Origin: Dehalococcoidia bacterium
GTDB lineage: Bacteria; Chloroflexota; Dehalococcoidia; UBA2979
Length of the DNA stretch: 64,000 nt
Assembly: GCA_965219085.1 (NCBI GenBank)
Contig: OZ244720.1
Location: forward strand, 1,632,001-1,696,000
Reading direction: 5' to 3'
Shown here piece by piece: positions 10,236-19,838 of this stretch (the stretch's first letter is position 1; the number at the start of each line of letters is the position of its first letter). Position numbers and translations under genes: made by a program. A model generated the notes under the pieces. It saw only the letters and a program-made list of their open reading frames with translations. It was not told the DNA's origin and did no database searches.

Positions 10236-10304
10236 TACGTCGAGTCTAGGTCCGCGCTCGCCGCCCGATCAATCGGCCCGGCCGGACGACTCGGCCGTGG
10301 GCCG

Positions 10305-10763
10305 TTACAGCCCGAACCCGCTGGGGGCCTCGCTGCGCTCGGCCGCGGGGCCGGCGCCCTCGGGCCGCTCGGACTGACCACCGCCGGCGAGCTGCGCGGC
10401 GAGGCGCTGGGCGGCGGCCTCCTCCTCGGCCTCCTGCCGCTCGCGCACGGCGTTGTAGCACGACGAGCAGAAGACGGGGCGGTCGCCGCGCGGCAGGAAC
10501 GGGACCTCGGTGGTCTGGTGGCACTGCGCGCAGGTGGCGACGTTGAGCTGGCGCGGGGTGCGGCCGCCCCAGGAGACGTAGGTGCCGTAGGAGGGGGCCT
10601 CGAAGCGGTCCTCGGGGCGCATGGCCTTGCGGTTGGCGCGGCAGGAGGGGCAGCGCACGGGGTCGTGCTGCAGGCCCTTGCTGGCGTAGAACTCCTGCTC
10701 GCCGGCGGTGAAGACGAAGCTGGAACCGCAGTCGCGGCAGTTGAGTTGCCGGTCGCTTGCCAC
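10305..10763 (-). CDS. zinc-ribbon / CxxC-x17-CxxC domain protein
   Basis: CRDCGSSFVFTAGEQEFYASKG...PVRCPSCR and CAQC...VPFLPRGDRPVFCSSCY. Confidence 0.88.
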   Translation of the reverse strand: MASDRQLNCRDCGSSFVFTAGEQEFYASKGLQHDPVRCPSCRANRKAMRPEDRFEAPSYGTYVSWGGRTPRQLNVATCAQCHQTTEVPFLPRGDRPVFCSSCYNAVRERQEAEEEAAAQRLAAQLAGGGQSERPEGAGPAAERSEAPSGFGL

Positions 10764-10881
10764 TGGAGCCTCCTCGGGATAGCCGACGCGCACGACGGTG
10801 CGCGTCGCGTGTGGTGTGTGGCCTTGTGGATGTCGGGCCACGATCAAGTGTAGCAGGGACGCGGGTGAGAGCGGTCGCCGG

Positions 10882-11748
10882 CTACTCGTCGCGACGCTCC
10901 GGCAGCTCGGCATACGTGCCGAGGACGAGGCCGGCGTCGCGGACTTGCTGCACGAGGGACTCCCACAGGCCACGCAGCTCGTCGGCCGAGCGGCCACGCC
11001 AGAGCCCCTTGGGTGCCTGCCAGCTACGTGGGTTGAAGTACTCGCTCGGGAGTTCAATGAGCGGCCGAGGGAACCCGGAATCGCCACTCTTGAGGGTCGC
11101 TGGGAAGAAGCTGAACATGCCATCCACCGGGTCATCGGGTGTCGCTCCCTGGTAGAGTCGGAGCGGCGCTTCCTCGTTGTTGTCGATCAGCGGCTCGCCG
11201 GTCGCGACAAGGAAAGCCTCGGGCCCCCAGTCTTCGAGGGCCATGCGTGCCTCGGGCGCTCCGTAATCGACGAATTCCCGGACCACGAGCACCGTATCGA
11301 GCATCCACTTCCGCTCGCCGTCGATCTTCTTGCCGCTCCCGAACGCGATCACAGAACCCTCGCCGAGGTGCGTCAGGCCCTTCTTGCTTGGCTGGCCGCA
11401 ATTCGAGTACAGGATGTGATCCCCGAAGATGAACGGGTCGGTGTTGTGCAGTTCCCGGTAGTCGTCCTTCGGGGCGTAGTACGGATGCCAGAGGTAGCGG
11501 GGGTATCGTGAGTTGCCGTTGGGCTGATCGAGTTCGCGGATGAGTTCTGATTCCGGCTCCCACTCGCCCCACGCTCGCAGGTCACCCGTGACCCGATCCC
11601 CGGCTTCACTAACCCACGCGCCGCGCAACTGCATGAATTTGCGCATGTGGCTGTGGGCGTAGCTGTTCCAAGCCTTTCCGCCGCCCCGGTCGGGTTCATG
11701 CTCCCAACCCGGATGCGAGAACTGAACGAACCAGCGGCTATCTGCCAT
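10882..11748 (-). CDS. hypothetical protein, weak resemblance to nucleotide-modification-associated (Nmad-type) domains
   Basis: 288-aa ORF with natural composition; HNTDPFIFGDHILYSNC...GSVIAFGS segment; overlaps the upstream gene by 11 bp. Confidence 0.55.
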   Translation of the reverse strand: MADSRWFVQFSHPGWEHEPDRGGGKAWNSYAHSHMRKFMQLRGAWVSEAGDRVTGDLRAWGEWEPESELIRELDQPNGNSRYPRYLWHPYYAPKDDYRELHNTDPFIFGDHILYSNCGQPSKKGLTHLGEGSVIAFGSGKKIDGERKWMLDTVLVVREFVDYGAPEARMALEDWGPEAFLVATGEPLIDNNEEAPLRLYQGATPDDPVDGMFSFFPATLKSGDSGFPRPLIELPSEYFNPRSWQAPKGLWRGRSADELRGLWESLVQQVRDAGLVLGTYAELPERRDE

Positions 11749-12517
11749 TGCGGTATGCCTCCAGGGTGATCGCGCCTAACTCGCGCTTCTGTGAATCGTG
11801 CAGCAGGCCGAATGGCTTCTGCGCGGCGGGACCGAAGACGAACAACGACGGCTCGCCACCGACCTCGTACCAGCGCGTCCGCACCTCGTACGGTCGTGAT
11901 CGAGGCTCGCCGCTCCCGGTCCGATCGAACGTGTGGAAGACCTCCCACTCGCTACCGGGTGGCTCGAACTCGATACGGTCGAGGTGGCGCTTCGCGACGG
12001 ACACCGCCACGAGGTGGGGCCGCAACGCCGCGAGCAGCAGGTGCCAGAGCGAGCCGCCCTCGGGTTCGAGGATTGCCCGTTCAGCATCGTGCAGCTTGCT
12101 CCACGTCGGATTCGTGGCGACGGGCGAGCAGATGTCGGTGTGGAGCGCCGTCGAGGTCTCGCCTGTGTAGTAGCTCGCGCCAGCGCCGTTGAGGAGCGGC
12201 TCGAAGGCGTTGAACCAGCTCCGATATGGGTCAGTGCGGTAGTACGCCGAAAGAGCGTCGAGGTAACGGTCGGGCTCGCGGCCTTCGGCACCTTCCGCGA
12301 GCGGGAAGCGCGAGAACGGGTCTTCCGTTGGGAACTCCAGAAGTGACGGGTTCAGGCCGACGGTCAGTATGCGCAGTGGTGAGGCGCGGTACGCGTTGAG
12401 GTCGCCGAAGAACAGGATCGGCGCTGCTGGGGTAACGCGTGACTGCAGCCTGGCGGCGTTGTCGTAGGCGCGCCAGGCCGCGGCTACCAGTTCGTCGAGA
12501 CGCACTCGTTCCACCAA
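11738..12517 (-). CDS. uracil-DNA-glycosylase-superfamily-like protein
   Basis: C-terminal part of the 818-aa ORF; PILFFGD...ILTVGLNPS..EF motif, PY.SWF, HTDICSPVAT; GAGAAGGG RBS before TTG 12517/GTG 12514. Confidence 0.6.
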   Translation of the reverse strand: MVERVRLDELVAAAWRAYDNAARLQSRVTPAAPILFFGDLNAYRASPLRILTVGLNPSLLEFPTEDPFSRFPLAEGAEGREPDRYLDALSAYYRTDPYRSWFNAFEPLLNGAGASYYTGETSTALHTDICSPVATNPTWSKLHDAERAILEPEGGSLWHLLLAALRPHLVAVSVAKRHLDRIEFEPPGSEWEVFHTFDRTGSGEPRSRPYEVRTRWYEVGGEPSLFVFGPAAQKPFGLLHDSQKRELGAITLEAYRNGR

Positions 12518-12567
12518 GCGGCGTGCACCCTTCTCGTCACGATTGTCATGGTAGCGGACGCCTTGAG

Positions 12568-14229
12568 CTACCCCTCGCCAACCGCGCTGAGCCACTCCAC
12601 CGCCGCCCGCAACTCGGCGCTGCGCAACGCTGCCGACGCCGCCACGAACGCCACCACCCCGCCCGCGCCGCCCGCCGCAACCAACACCAGCGCACCGAGG
12701 AGCTCCCCGGCCTCGGCGCCCGCCTCGCCGAGGCCGATGAGGAGCAGCACGACCACCTGCGCCATCACCACCGTCGCCAGGGCGGTGCGGAGCAGCGAGC
12801 GGCCGAGCGTGGGGGCGCCGAGCGTGCGCACGCCGCTGCCGGCGAGGCGGCGTCGCAGCGCCCAGAGCAGCAGCGCGAACTCGACGACCGCGGCGATTGA
12901 GGCGGCCGCGGCCAGGCCGGCGATGCCGAACGGCTCGACCAGCGCCGCGCAGACCGCGACGTTGAGCAGCATCCCGAAGACCGCGATCGCCACCGGGGTG
13001 CGGGTGTCGGAGAGTGCGTAGAAGCCGCGGCTCATGATCTCGATCGAGGCGTGCGCCCACACCGCGACCGCGTAGACCACGAGCACGCTCACCACGAGCG
13101 AGGTCGAGTCGGCGTCGAACGCGCCGCGCTGCAGCAGCAGCCGCACGGTCGGGTCGGCGAGCAGCACGAGGCCGGCCGAGGCCGGGACGGCGAGGAACAG
13201 GATCATGCGCAGCGAGCCGTCGATCGCGCGGCCGAGGCCCTCGATGTCGTCCTCGGCGCCGAGGTTCGCGAACGTGGGGAACGCGGCGGTCGAGATCGCC
13301 ATCCCGATCACGCCGACGGGGAGCAGCATCACGAGGAACGCGAAGTTGACCGCGCTGATCGCCTCGTCGGAGACGAACGAGGCGAAGAACATCACGACCA
13401 CGAGATTCACCTGCGCCGCGGCGAGCCCGATCACGCGCGGCCCCATCAGCCGCAGCACCTCGCGCACGCCCGCCGAGGCGAAGCCGAGGCTTGGCTGCCA
13501 GCGCATGCCGACGGCCCACAGCGCGGGCGCCTGCACGATGAGGTGGCCCACGCTCCCGATGACGACGCCCCACGCCAGGCCGTGTACGCCCCAGCGGTCG
13601 GCGAGCACGACCGCGCCGAGGATGATGCCGAGGTTGTAGAGCAGCGGCGCGATCGACGGCGCGAGGAAGTGCTGGCGCGCGTTGAGGATGCCGGTGAGCA
13701 TGCCGGACACGCCGAACATCAGCGGCGAGATCAGCATCACGCGTGTCAGCTCGACGGCGAGCGTGTGCAGCTCGTCGGCGCGGCCGGTCTCCTCGCCGAG
13801 CCCGGGCGCGAGCAGCGGCACGATGAGTGGGGCGAGCGCGAAGGCGAGCGCCGCGAGGACGAAGGTGGCGAGGCTGATCAGGTTGAGCACGCTGGAGGCG
13901 AGCCGCCACGCGTCGTCCTCGCCGTCGTCGAGGACGACGCGGCTGAAGACGGGGATGAAGGCGGAGGCGAGCGCGGCGCCGGCGAGGAGCTGGAAGACGA
14001 GGTCCGGCACGCGGAACGCGACGAAGTACGCGCCCAGCTCGGGCTCGGTGCCGAAGGCGTCGGCGATGGCGACCGAGCGCAGCAGCCCGAGCAGCCTGGA
14101 GGCGATGAAGCCCGTTGCGACGAGGCCCGCCGCCCCGGCGACACTGCGTGGTGACAGTCCTCGCCGCAGGGCCGCACCGGCCAGCCGGCGCCACCGGGCC
14201 CCTCGCGAGTGTTCGCGTCCCTCGCGCAT
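12568..14229 (-). CDS. murJ: lipid II flippase MurJ/MviN
   Basis: SRLLGLLRS, AFRVPD, AFIPVF, RGFYALSDTRTP; start uncertain. Confidence 0.93.
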   Translation of the reverse strand: MREGREHSRGARWRRLAGAALRRGLSPRSVAGAAGLVATGFIASRLLGLLRSVAIADAFGTEPELGAYFVAFRVPDLVFQLLAGAALASAFIPVFSRVVLDDGEDDAWRLASSVLNLISLATFVLAALAFALAPLIVPLLAPGLGEETGRADELHTLAVELTRVMLISPLMFGVSGMLTGILNARQHFLAPSIAPLLYNLGIILGAVVLADRWGVHGLAWGVVIGSVGHLIVQAPALWAVGMRWQPSLGFASAGVREVLRLMGPRVIGLAAAQVNLVVVMFFASFVSDEAISAVNFAFLVMLLPVGVIGMAISTAAFPTFANLGAEDDIEGLGRAIDGSLRMILFLAVPASAGLVLLADPTVRLLLQRGAFDADSTSLVVSVLVVYAVAVWAHASIEIMSRGFYALSDTRTPVAIAVFGMLLNVAVCAALVEPFGIAGLAAAASIAAVVEFALLLWALRRRLAGSGVRTLGAPTLGRSLLRTALATVVMAQVVVLLLIGLGEAGAEAGELLGALVLVAAGGAGGVVAFVAASAALRSAELRAAVEWLSAVGEG

Positions 14230-14329
14230 CGGCGGCATCATCCCACGCGCGCGGTCAGTCGGCGATGTGCGCGGATAGACGCTCGCAGTGGGCGCCGTTA
14301 CCGTAGAAAGCCGCGACGGAGGATCGGGC

Positions 14330-14602
14330 ATGGCCCACTCGAGACAGGCGAAGAAGCGCGCGCGCCAAAACGAGGTGCGCGCGGCTCGCAACCGCCCGTA
14401 CCGCACGCGCGCCACGCGGCGCCTGCGCGATGCGCGCTGGGCGATCGAGGACGGCGACGCGGACTCCGCCGAGCAGGTGCGCCTGGCGCAATCGTCGCTC
14501 GATCAGGCGGCGAAGCGCGGGATCATCCACCGCAACACGGCGGCCCGCAAGAAGTCGCGCCTCGCGGCGCAGCTGAAGGCGCTGCAGACCGCCGACGCGT
14601 AG
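14330..14602 (+). CDS. rpsT: 30S ribosomal protein S20
   Basis: AKKRARQNE, LDQAAKRGIIHRNTAARKKSRL. Confidence 0.96.
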   Translation: MAHSRQAKKRARQNEVRAARNRPYRTRATRRLRDARWAIEDGDADSAEQVRLAQSSLDQAAKRGIIHRNTAARKKSRLAAQLKALQTADA

Positions 14603-14626
14603 CCACACCACCCATCGCACCACGTC

Positions 14627-14660
14627 GAGCCCCCGCCGGGGGCTTTGGCTTGTCTTTTGT
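14627..14660 (+). terminator. intrinsic terminator after rpsT
   Basis: AGCCCCC-gcc-GGGGGCT hairpin followed by a T-rich tract. Confidence 0.6.
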
Positions 14661-14703
14661 TCCGGGAGTTCGCTCAGGACTCCGAAGCGCCCCACCCGCA
14701 TCA

Positions 14704-15060
14704 TCACGATGGCGGGCGGTGCGAGATGCGGATTCGCCCGCCACGGATCGTGACGATGGCGCGCTCCTCCAATGTGCCGCCATGCCGCTCGATCACCTCG
14801 GACATCAGGGAGATGCGTTCCGATGCCGGAACATCCGGCAGGCGCACGAGGCCGGCGTGCGGGACATCGTGGAGGTAGATCAACTCGCCGAAGTCGGTGT
14901 CGATCGTGATCAGGATCCGCGCCGCTGACTCGGCGAGTTCCAGCAGAGCCCGGTCCCCGGGGTCCGGGCCGAGTGAGCGGGCCTCCAGCACGTCATGGCC
15001 GTGCTCGCGAAGCCACTCCGCCAAACGGCGGCCGGCGCATCTATCGACGAGGAACCGCAC
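14704..15060 (-). CDS. DUF5615 family PIN-like toxin (VapC45-type)
   Basis: MRFLVDRC, GHDV, D..LL..A....RILITIDTDFGEL. Confidence 0.88.
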   Translation of the reverse strand: MRFLVDRCAGRRLAEWLREHGHDVLEARSLGPDPGDRALLELAESAARILITIDTDFGELIYLHDVPHAGLVRLPDVPASERISLMSEVIERHGGTLEERAIVTIRGGRIRISHRPPS

Positions 15061-15308
15061 TACTCGCGGACGGAAATCGTGGCCAGGGTGTCTCGCGCGA
15101 TGACCGCGTGCGCGTACGCCGTACAGGCAAGGATGTCCTCGGGCTCGAGATCGGGGTAGTCGTCCAGGATGTCTGCCTGCGCCACACCCTGCGTCAGGAG
15201 GCTCAGCACCAACTCCACGGACACCCGCAAGTCACGAATGATCGGCTTCCCGCCGAACACGTCCGGACGAGCGGTGATGCGTTGGAGCAGTTCCTCGTTG
15301 GCCGACAT
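15060..15308 (-). CDS. DUF433 family antitoxin
   Basis: RITARPDVFGGKPIIRDLRVSV..VL..L..G...ILDDYPDLEPEDI.AC..YA. Confidence 0.9.
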   Translation of the reverse strand: MSANEELLQRITARPDVFGGKPIIRDLRVSVELVLSLLTQGVAQADILDDYPDLEPEDILACTAYAHAVIARDTLATISVRE

Positions 15309-15584
15309 GACCTGACCTCCCGGGTCCGTCGCCGTGGGGCTCTCACCGCGCACGAGCAGGATACCGCCCCCATGGCGGTGTGGCTCGTTCGCCGACCGCC
15401 GGCCCGATGGCCACCGAGTGCTCGCGAGGCGCGACGAACTGCCTCGCGGTGACCCTCGCAGGATTCTGGCCGGGCCCGGCCCACGACGTGGGGCATGCAG
15501 TAGCAGCCCCCGCGCCGCGCTGCGATACTCTGGCGCGAAGCGGATTCCCCTCACCCCGACCCAGCGACCGATGACCGGAGCCCC

Positions 15585-16631
15585 ATGCGCGCCACCATCT
15601 TCGAGGAACCAGGCAAGGTGTCCGTCCAGGACCGCCCCACTCCCGAGACGGGCCCCGGCGAGGTGCGACTGCGCGTCGCGGCCTCCTCGCTGTGCGCTTC
15701 CGACGTGCGCGTCTACCGCGGCGAGAAGTACGCCCGCGCGGGCGTCATCCCCGGCCACGAGATCGCCGGCGTCGTCGACCAGGTGGGCGAGGGCGTCACC
15801 GGCGTCGCGGAGGGCGACCGCGTCATCGTGTGCCCCATCGTCTCGTGCGGGCACTGCCGCTTCTGCCAGACGGGCAAGCGCAACCGCTGCACCAGCCGCC
15901 AGACGCTCGGCTACGACATCGACGGCGGCTTCGCCGAGTCGGTGCTCGTACCCGCCGCCATCGTCGGCCTCGGGCAGGTCTTCACCGTGCCCGACGACTT
16001 GCCGCTCGATGTCGCCGCGCTGACCGAGCCGGCTGCCTGCGTGACCGCGTCGCTCGAGTTGTGCCGGACGGGCATCGGCGATTCGCTGTTCATCATCGGC
16101 GCGGGGCCCATGGGGTTGCTACACGTGCTCATGGCGCGCGCCGCCGGCGCTGCGCCGATCATCGTCAGTGAGCCGGTCGCCGAGCGCCGCGAGACCGCGC
16201 GCCGCTGGGGCGCGGACCTCGTGCTCGACCCGGCGAGCGACGACGTGACGGCGGCGGTCAAGGACACGACGTCGGGCGCGGGCGCGGACGGCGTCGTGCT
16301 GTCCGTGGGCATCCCGCAGCTCGTCGAGCCCGCGCTGGCGGCGGTGCGGCCGCAGGGTGTGGTGAACCTCTTCGCGGGCTTCCCGCCGGGCAACCCCGTG
16401 CCGTTCGACCCGAACCTGGTGCACTACGGCGAGGTCGTGCTGACCGGCTCGCAGAACGCCACGAGCGACCAGTACCGGCGCACCGTCGCGATGCTCGGCC
16501 ACGTGCCGCACATCGACGAGGTGGTGACCAACCGCTACCGCATCGAGGACGCGCCGCAGGCGTACGCCTCGCGGCTGGCGCTCGACGGACTCAAGTCGCT
16601 GGTCGAATTCCCAGGCGTGGATCGACATTGA
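15585..16631 (+). CDS. Zn-dependent alcohol/polyol dehydrogenase
   Basis: C.SD, GHE, CGHCRFC..G..NRC, GAGPMG. Confidence 0.9.
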   Translation: MRATIFEEPGKVSVQDRPTPETGPGEVRLRVAASSLCASDVRVYRGEKYARAGVIPGHEIAGVVDQVGEGVTGVAEGDRVIVCPIVSCGHCRFCQTGKRNRCTSRQTLGYDIDGGFAESVLVPAAIVGLGQVFTVPDDLPLDVAALTEPAACVTASLELCRTGIGDSLFIIGAGPMGLLHVLMARAAGAAPIIVSEPVAERRETARRWGADLVLDPASDDVTAAVKDTTSGAGADGVVLSVGIPQLVEPALAAVRPQGVVNLFAGFPPGNPVPFDPNLVHYGEVVLTGSQNATSDQYRRTVAMLGHVPHIDEVVTNRYRIEDAPQAYASRLALDGLKSLVEFPGVDRH

Positions 16632-17401
16632 GCTTCCTCGGCGGTTGGCGCTCGCGCGGGAACGGCGGCGACGCCGCCGCCGACGAGCCGCGCGCCACGG
16701 CGCTGGCCGGCGGATCGGATGACGGTCTGGGCGCCTGGCTGCGCACCCGCCGCGAGGAACGCGGATACGACTTCGACCGGGTCGAACGCGACACCCGGAT
16801 CAGTCGCGGGTACATCGAGGCGCTCGAGCGCGACCAGTTCGACACGTTGCCGGCGCCGGTGTACGCGCGCGGGTTCGTGCGCAGCTACGCGCGCTACCTC
16901 GGCCTCGACGAGGAGGAGGCGCTCGGCCGCATGCCGAGCGAACTTCCCCGCCCACCGGGCCTCGAACCGCTGCCCGGCCTGCGGCGCAGCGAGGGGCCGT
17001 CCGCCATCCCCACGGTGCCGTGGCGCTGGCTGCTGCTCGTCATCGTCGTCGTGGCCGCCGGAGGGGCGGCGTTTTTTGTGGGAGTGCCGCGCCTCACCGA
17101 CCTCAGAGGTGACGGGGGAGATGGCGAGTCGCAAGTCGAGGAGGCGCCGCCCGCCGCCACCGTCGGACCGTTCGAGGAGGGCACGATGCCCGACCTCCGC
17201 AACGTCGAGCTGGCTGAGGCGAGGCGCGTGCTGGCTGAGATCGGCGTGCAGCTCGTGTCCGAGTTCGAGATCGAGACGGACGACACACCGCCGGGCCGCG
17301 TGTTCGGCCACTCGCCGTCTCCGGGGCAACCGCTTGCCGCCGACGACGAGGTGAACCTGTTCATCTCGGCGGAACCCGCGCCGGAGGACACGGAGGAGTA
17401 G
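16628..17401 (+). CDS. RodZ-like HTH membrane protein with C-terminal PASTA-like domain
   Basis: GAWLRTRRE, YIEALE...F..LP..VYARGFVRSYARYLGLD; one TM; MPDL...A...L...G...SPSPG. Confidence 0.8.
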   Translation: MSFLGGWRSRGNGGDAAADEPRATALAGGSDDGLGAWLRTRREERGYDFDRVERDTRISRGYIEALERDQFDTLPAPVYARGFVRSYARYLGLDEEEALGRMPSELPRPPGLEPLPGLRRSEGPSAIPTVPWRWLLLVIVVVAAGGAAFFVGVPRLTDLRGDGGDGESQVEEAPPAATVGPFEEGTMPDLRNVELAEARRVLAEIGVQLVSEFEIETDDTPPGRVFGHSPSPGQPLAADDEVNLFISAEPAPEDTEE

Positions 17402-17529
17402 GCGGTGCCCCGCCTTCCGTCTTGCACCCGCGTTCGTCCCCCGAGTTACTGCGCTTCCTTCGCGAGCGGCGGAGACGTCGACTGGCAATCCGACCTCGCG
17501 GAGTACGTCGCCGACGGGACCCTGGAAGG

Positions 17530-18174
17530 TCCCATCCTCGCGATCCCGGAGATTGAGCGCACTCGTCCGCCGCGCGCCGACATCACCTCGATCTCATGAT
17601 CATGAGCATGGCGGGACCGAACATATCGTGGCGCTGCGAGGCGGCCCAGGGTTATCTGCCGTGCAATGGCCAGCGCTTCTCTACGAGGTACACCGCGATA
17701 CCGACCACGGCCACGTAGGCGAGCATGGCCGCGAACGCGAGCACCCCGGGACCACCCAGGCACTGGACCACGACGGTGCCGCCAACGATGAGGATGAAGG
17801 AGGGGACCGCGCTGCGCAGCGCGGCGCGCCTCATGAAAGCCAAATCCCGGTACGTGTTCATGGCTGGAGATCTACTGCCGTCCCCGGTGACCCGGAAGGC
17901 CGAGTCCATTCGTCGCGTGCGGACGACGCAGGATCTCGGCCTTCGGATCGTATGCGGCTCAACCGCAGCCCGTAAAGCCGCAGGTGACTACGACGATCCC
18001 ATCCTCACGATCGCGGGAGACGGAGCGCACTCGTCCGCCGCGCGCGGCATCACCTCGATCCCATCCTCGCGATCGCGGGAGATGGAGCGCACTCGTCCGC
18101 CGCACGCGGGCATCACCCTGATCTCATGATCGTGAGCATGGCGGAACCGAACGTCATCGTGCCGTCGCGGGCGG
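17530..18174. repeat. three imperfect direct repeats (A 17530-17644, B 17997-18058, C 18059-18174)
   Basis: Shared core CCCATCCTCRCGATC..GGAGA..GAGCGCACTCGTCCGCCGC...CATCACC..GATC; copies A and C extend to about 115 bp. Confidence 0.85.
17652..17861 (-). CDS. small two-TM hypothetical protein between the repeats
   Basis: MNTYRDLAF...two hydrophobic segments; upstream GTG 17909 is also possible. Confidence 0.45.
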   Translation of the reverse strand: MNTYRDLAFMRRAALRSAVPSFILIVGGTVVVQCLGGPGVLAFAAMLAYVAVVGIAVYLVEKRWPLHGR

Positions 18175-19515
18175 TTGACGCTGACTGCTCCCCGGCCCCA
18201 GCCTGCTCACGTGCGATACCACCTCGTCACCCTCGGCTGCGCCAAGAACACCGTCGACTCGATGCGGCTGGAACGCGCGCTGCGCAACGCGCGCCACGCA
18301 CCGGTCGACGAGCCGGACGACGCCGACCTCGTGCTCGTCAACACCTGCGGCTTCATCGACGCCGCCAAGCAGGAGTCGATCGAGGTGGTGTCGGAGCTCG
18401 ACCGCAACCGGCCGCCGGATCAGCGGCTCTACGTCGTCGGGTGCATGACCCAGATCGCCGAGGAGGAGGTGCGCTCCGCCGTGCCGGGCGTCGACGCGAC
18501 GTTCGGCGTCGAGGCGTGGGACGCCATCGCCGCCTCGCTCGGCCCGGCCGACCCGGGGTACGACATCCCGCAGCAGACGGTGCTACCGATGGGGCCGAGC
18601 GCGTACCTGAAGATCTCCGACGGCTGCGACCGCCCGTGCACGTTCTGCATCATCCCCACCATCAAGGGCGGCATGCGCTCCGAGCCCACCGAGCGCCTGC
18701 TCGGCGAGGCGCGCATGTACGCGGCCGCGGGCGTGCGCGAGCTGGTGCTCGTGGCGCAGGACTCGACCGCGTACGGCGAGGACCGCCGCGATCGCGACGG
18801 CCTCGCGGTGCTCCTCGAACAGCTCGCCGCCGAGGTGCCCGAGGTGCCGTGGATCCGCCTCATGTACGCGTACCCCGGCCGCGTGACGCGCCGCCTGGCG
18901 GAGACGATGGCGGCGCTGCCGAACGTGCTGCCGTACCTCGACATCCCGCTGCAGCACGGCTCCGACGCCATGCTGCGCCGCATGAAGCGCCCATCGCTGC
19001 GCACGGCGCACCGCAGCCTCGACGCCATCCGGACGGCGATGCCCGACGTGACCGTCCGCACGACGTTCATCGTCGGCTTCCCGGGCGAGACCGACGCCGA
19101 GTTCGAGGAGCTGCTCGACTTCGTCGAGGAGCAGCGCTTCGACCACGTCGGCGCGTTCACATACTCGCCGCAGGCGGGCACGCCGGCCGCCGGGTACGCC
19201 GACCCCGTGCCGCACGAGGTGGTCGCCGAGCGCTACGGCGCGCTCATGGAGCTCGCGCAGGCGATCTCACACGAACGCAACCGCGAACTCGTCGGCCGCG
19301 AGCTCGACGTGCTCGTCGAGTCCGAGGCGCCGGCGGCGAGCGCGACCGGCGACCCGGTCGTCGTCGGACGGAGCTTCCGCGACGCGCCCGAGGTGGACGG
19401 CCTCGCGTTCGTGCGTGGCGAGTTCCCGACCGGGACGCTCGTGCGGGCGCGCGTCGACGGCGCGATGCCGTACGACCTGCTGTGCTCGCCTGTGCGTGAG
19501 GCTGTCCGCGCCTGA
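18175..19515 (+). CDS. rimO: ribosomal protein S12 methylthiotransferase
   Basis: TLGCAKNTVDS, NTCGFI, YLKISDGCDRPCTFCIIP, DAPEVDG (TRAM). Confidence 0.95.
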   Translation: MTLTAPRPQPAHVRYHLVTLGCAKNTVDSMRLERALRNARHAPVDEPDDADLVLVNTCGFIDAAKQESIEVVSELDRNRPPDQRLYVVGCMTQIAEEEVRSAVPGVDATFGVEAWDAIAASLGPADPGYDIPQQTVLPMGPSAYLKISDGCDRPCTFCIIPTIKGGMRSEPTERLLGEARMYAAAGVRELVLVAQDSTAYGEDRRDRDGLAVLLEQLAAEVPEVPWIRLMYAYPGRVTRRLAETMAALPNVLPYLDIPLQHGSDAMLRRMKRPSLRTAHRSLDAIRTAMPDVTVRTTFIVGFPGETDAEFEELLDFVEEQRFDHVGAFTYSPQAGTPAAGYADPVPHEVVAERYGALMELAQAISHERNRELVGRELDVLVESEAPAASATGDPVVVGRSFRDAPEVDGLAFVRGEFPTGTLVRARVDGAMPYDLLCSPVREAVRA

Positions 19516-19529
19516 GCGCCCGTTCGCAG

Positions 19530-19832
19530 CTAATCCAGATCCAGCACGTACTCCTCGACGGCGCGGTCGATGACCTCGGCGCGGCCGAGGAGCTCGCGGT
19601 CGGCGAAGCGTTCGGCGTCGTCGGCCAAGCGGCGCGCCGTTGCGAGGTCGCCGGAGACGACGGCGAACCCCACTTCGGCGCGCTGCGTGAGGTCCTGCGC
19701 GCCCACCTCGGCGGCGGAGACGTCGAGGCGCGCGCGCAGCCGCTCGACGATCGACCGCACGACGGCGCGCTTCTCCTTCAGGCTGTGCGCGGCGGGCAGG
19801 TACAGCGTCAGCACGACGCTAATGGTGACCAC
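19530..19832 (-). CDS. DUF503 (YlxP) family protein
   Basis: SLKEKRAVV, VSAAEVG.QD..QRA.VGFAVVS. Confidence 0.88.
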   Translation of the reverse strand: MVTISVVLTLYLPAAHSLKEKRAVVRSIVERLRARLDVSAAEVGAQDLTQRAEVGFAVVSGDLATARRLADDAERFADRELLGRAEVIDRAVEEYVLDLD

Positions 19833-19838
19833 GACCGG

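Noticed and set aside
11738-14194. 818-aa ORF as one protein
   Set aside because: The first ~560 codons are an Arg-rich alternate frame of murJ; only the last ~259 codons look coding.
17530-18174. CRISPR array
   Set aside because: Only three degenerate copies of 62-115 bp with irregular spacing and no cas genes.
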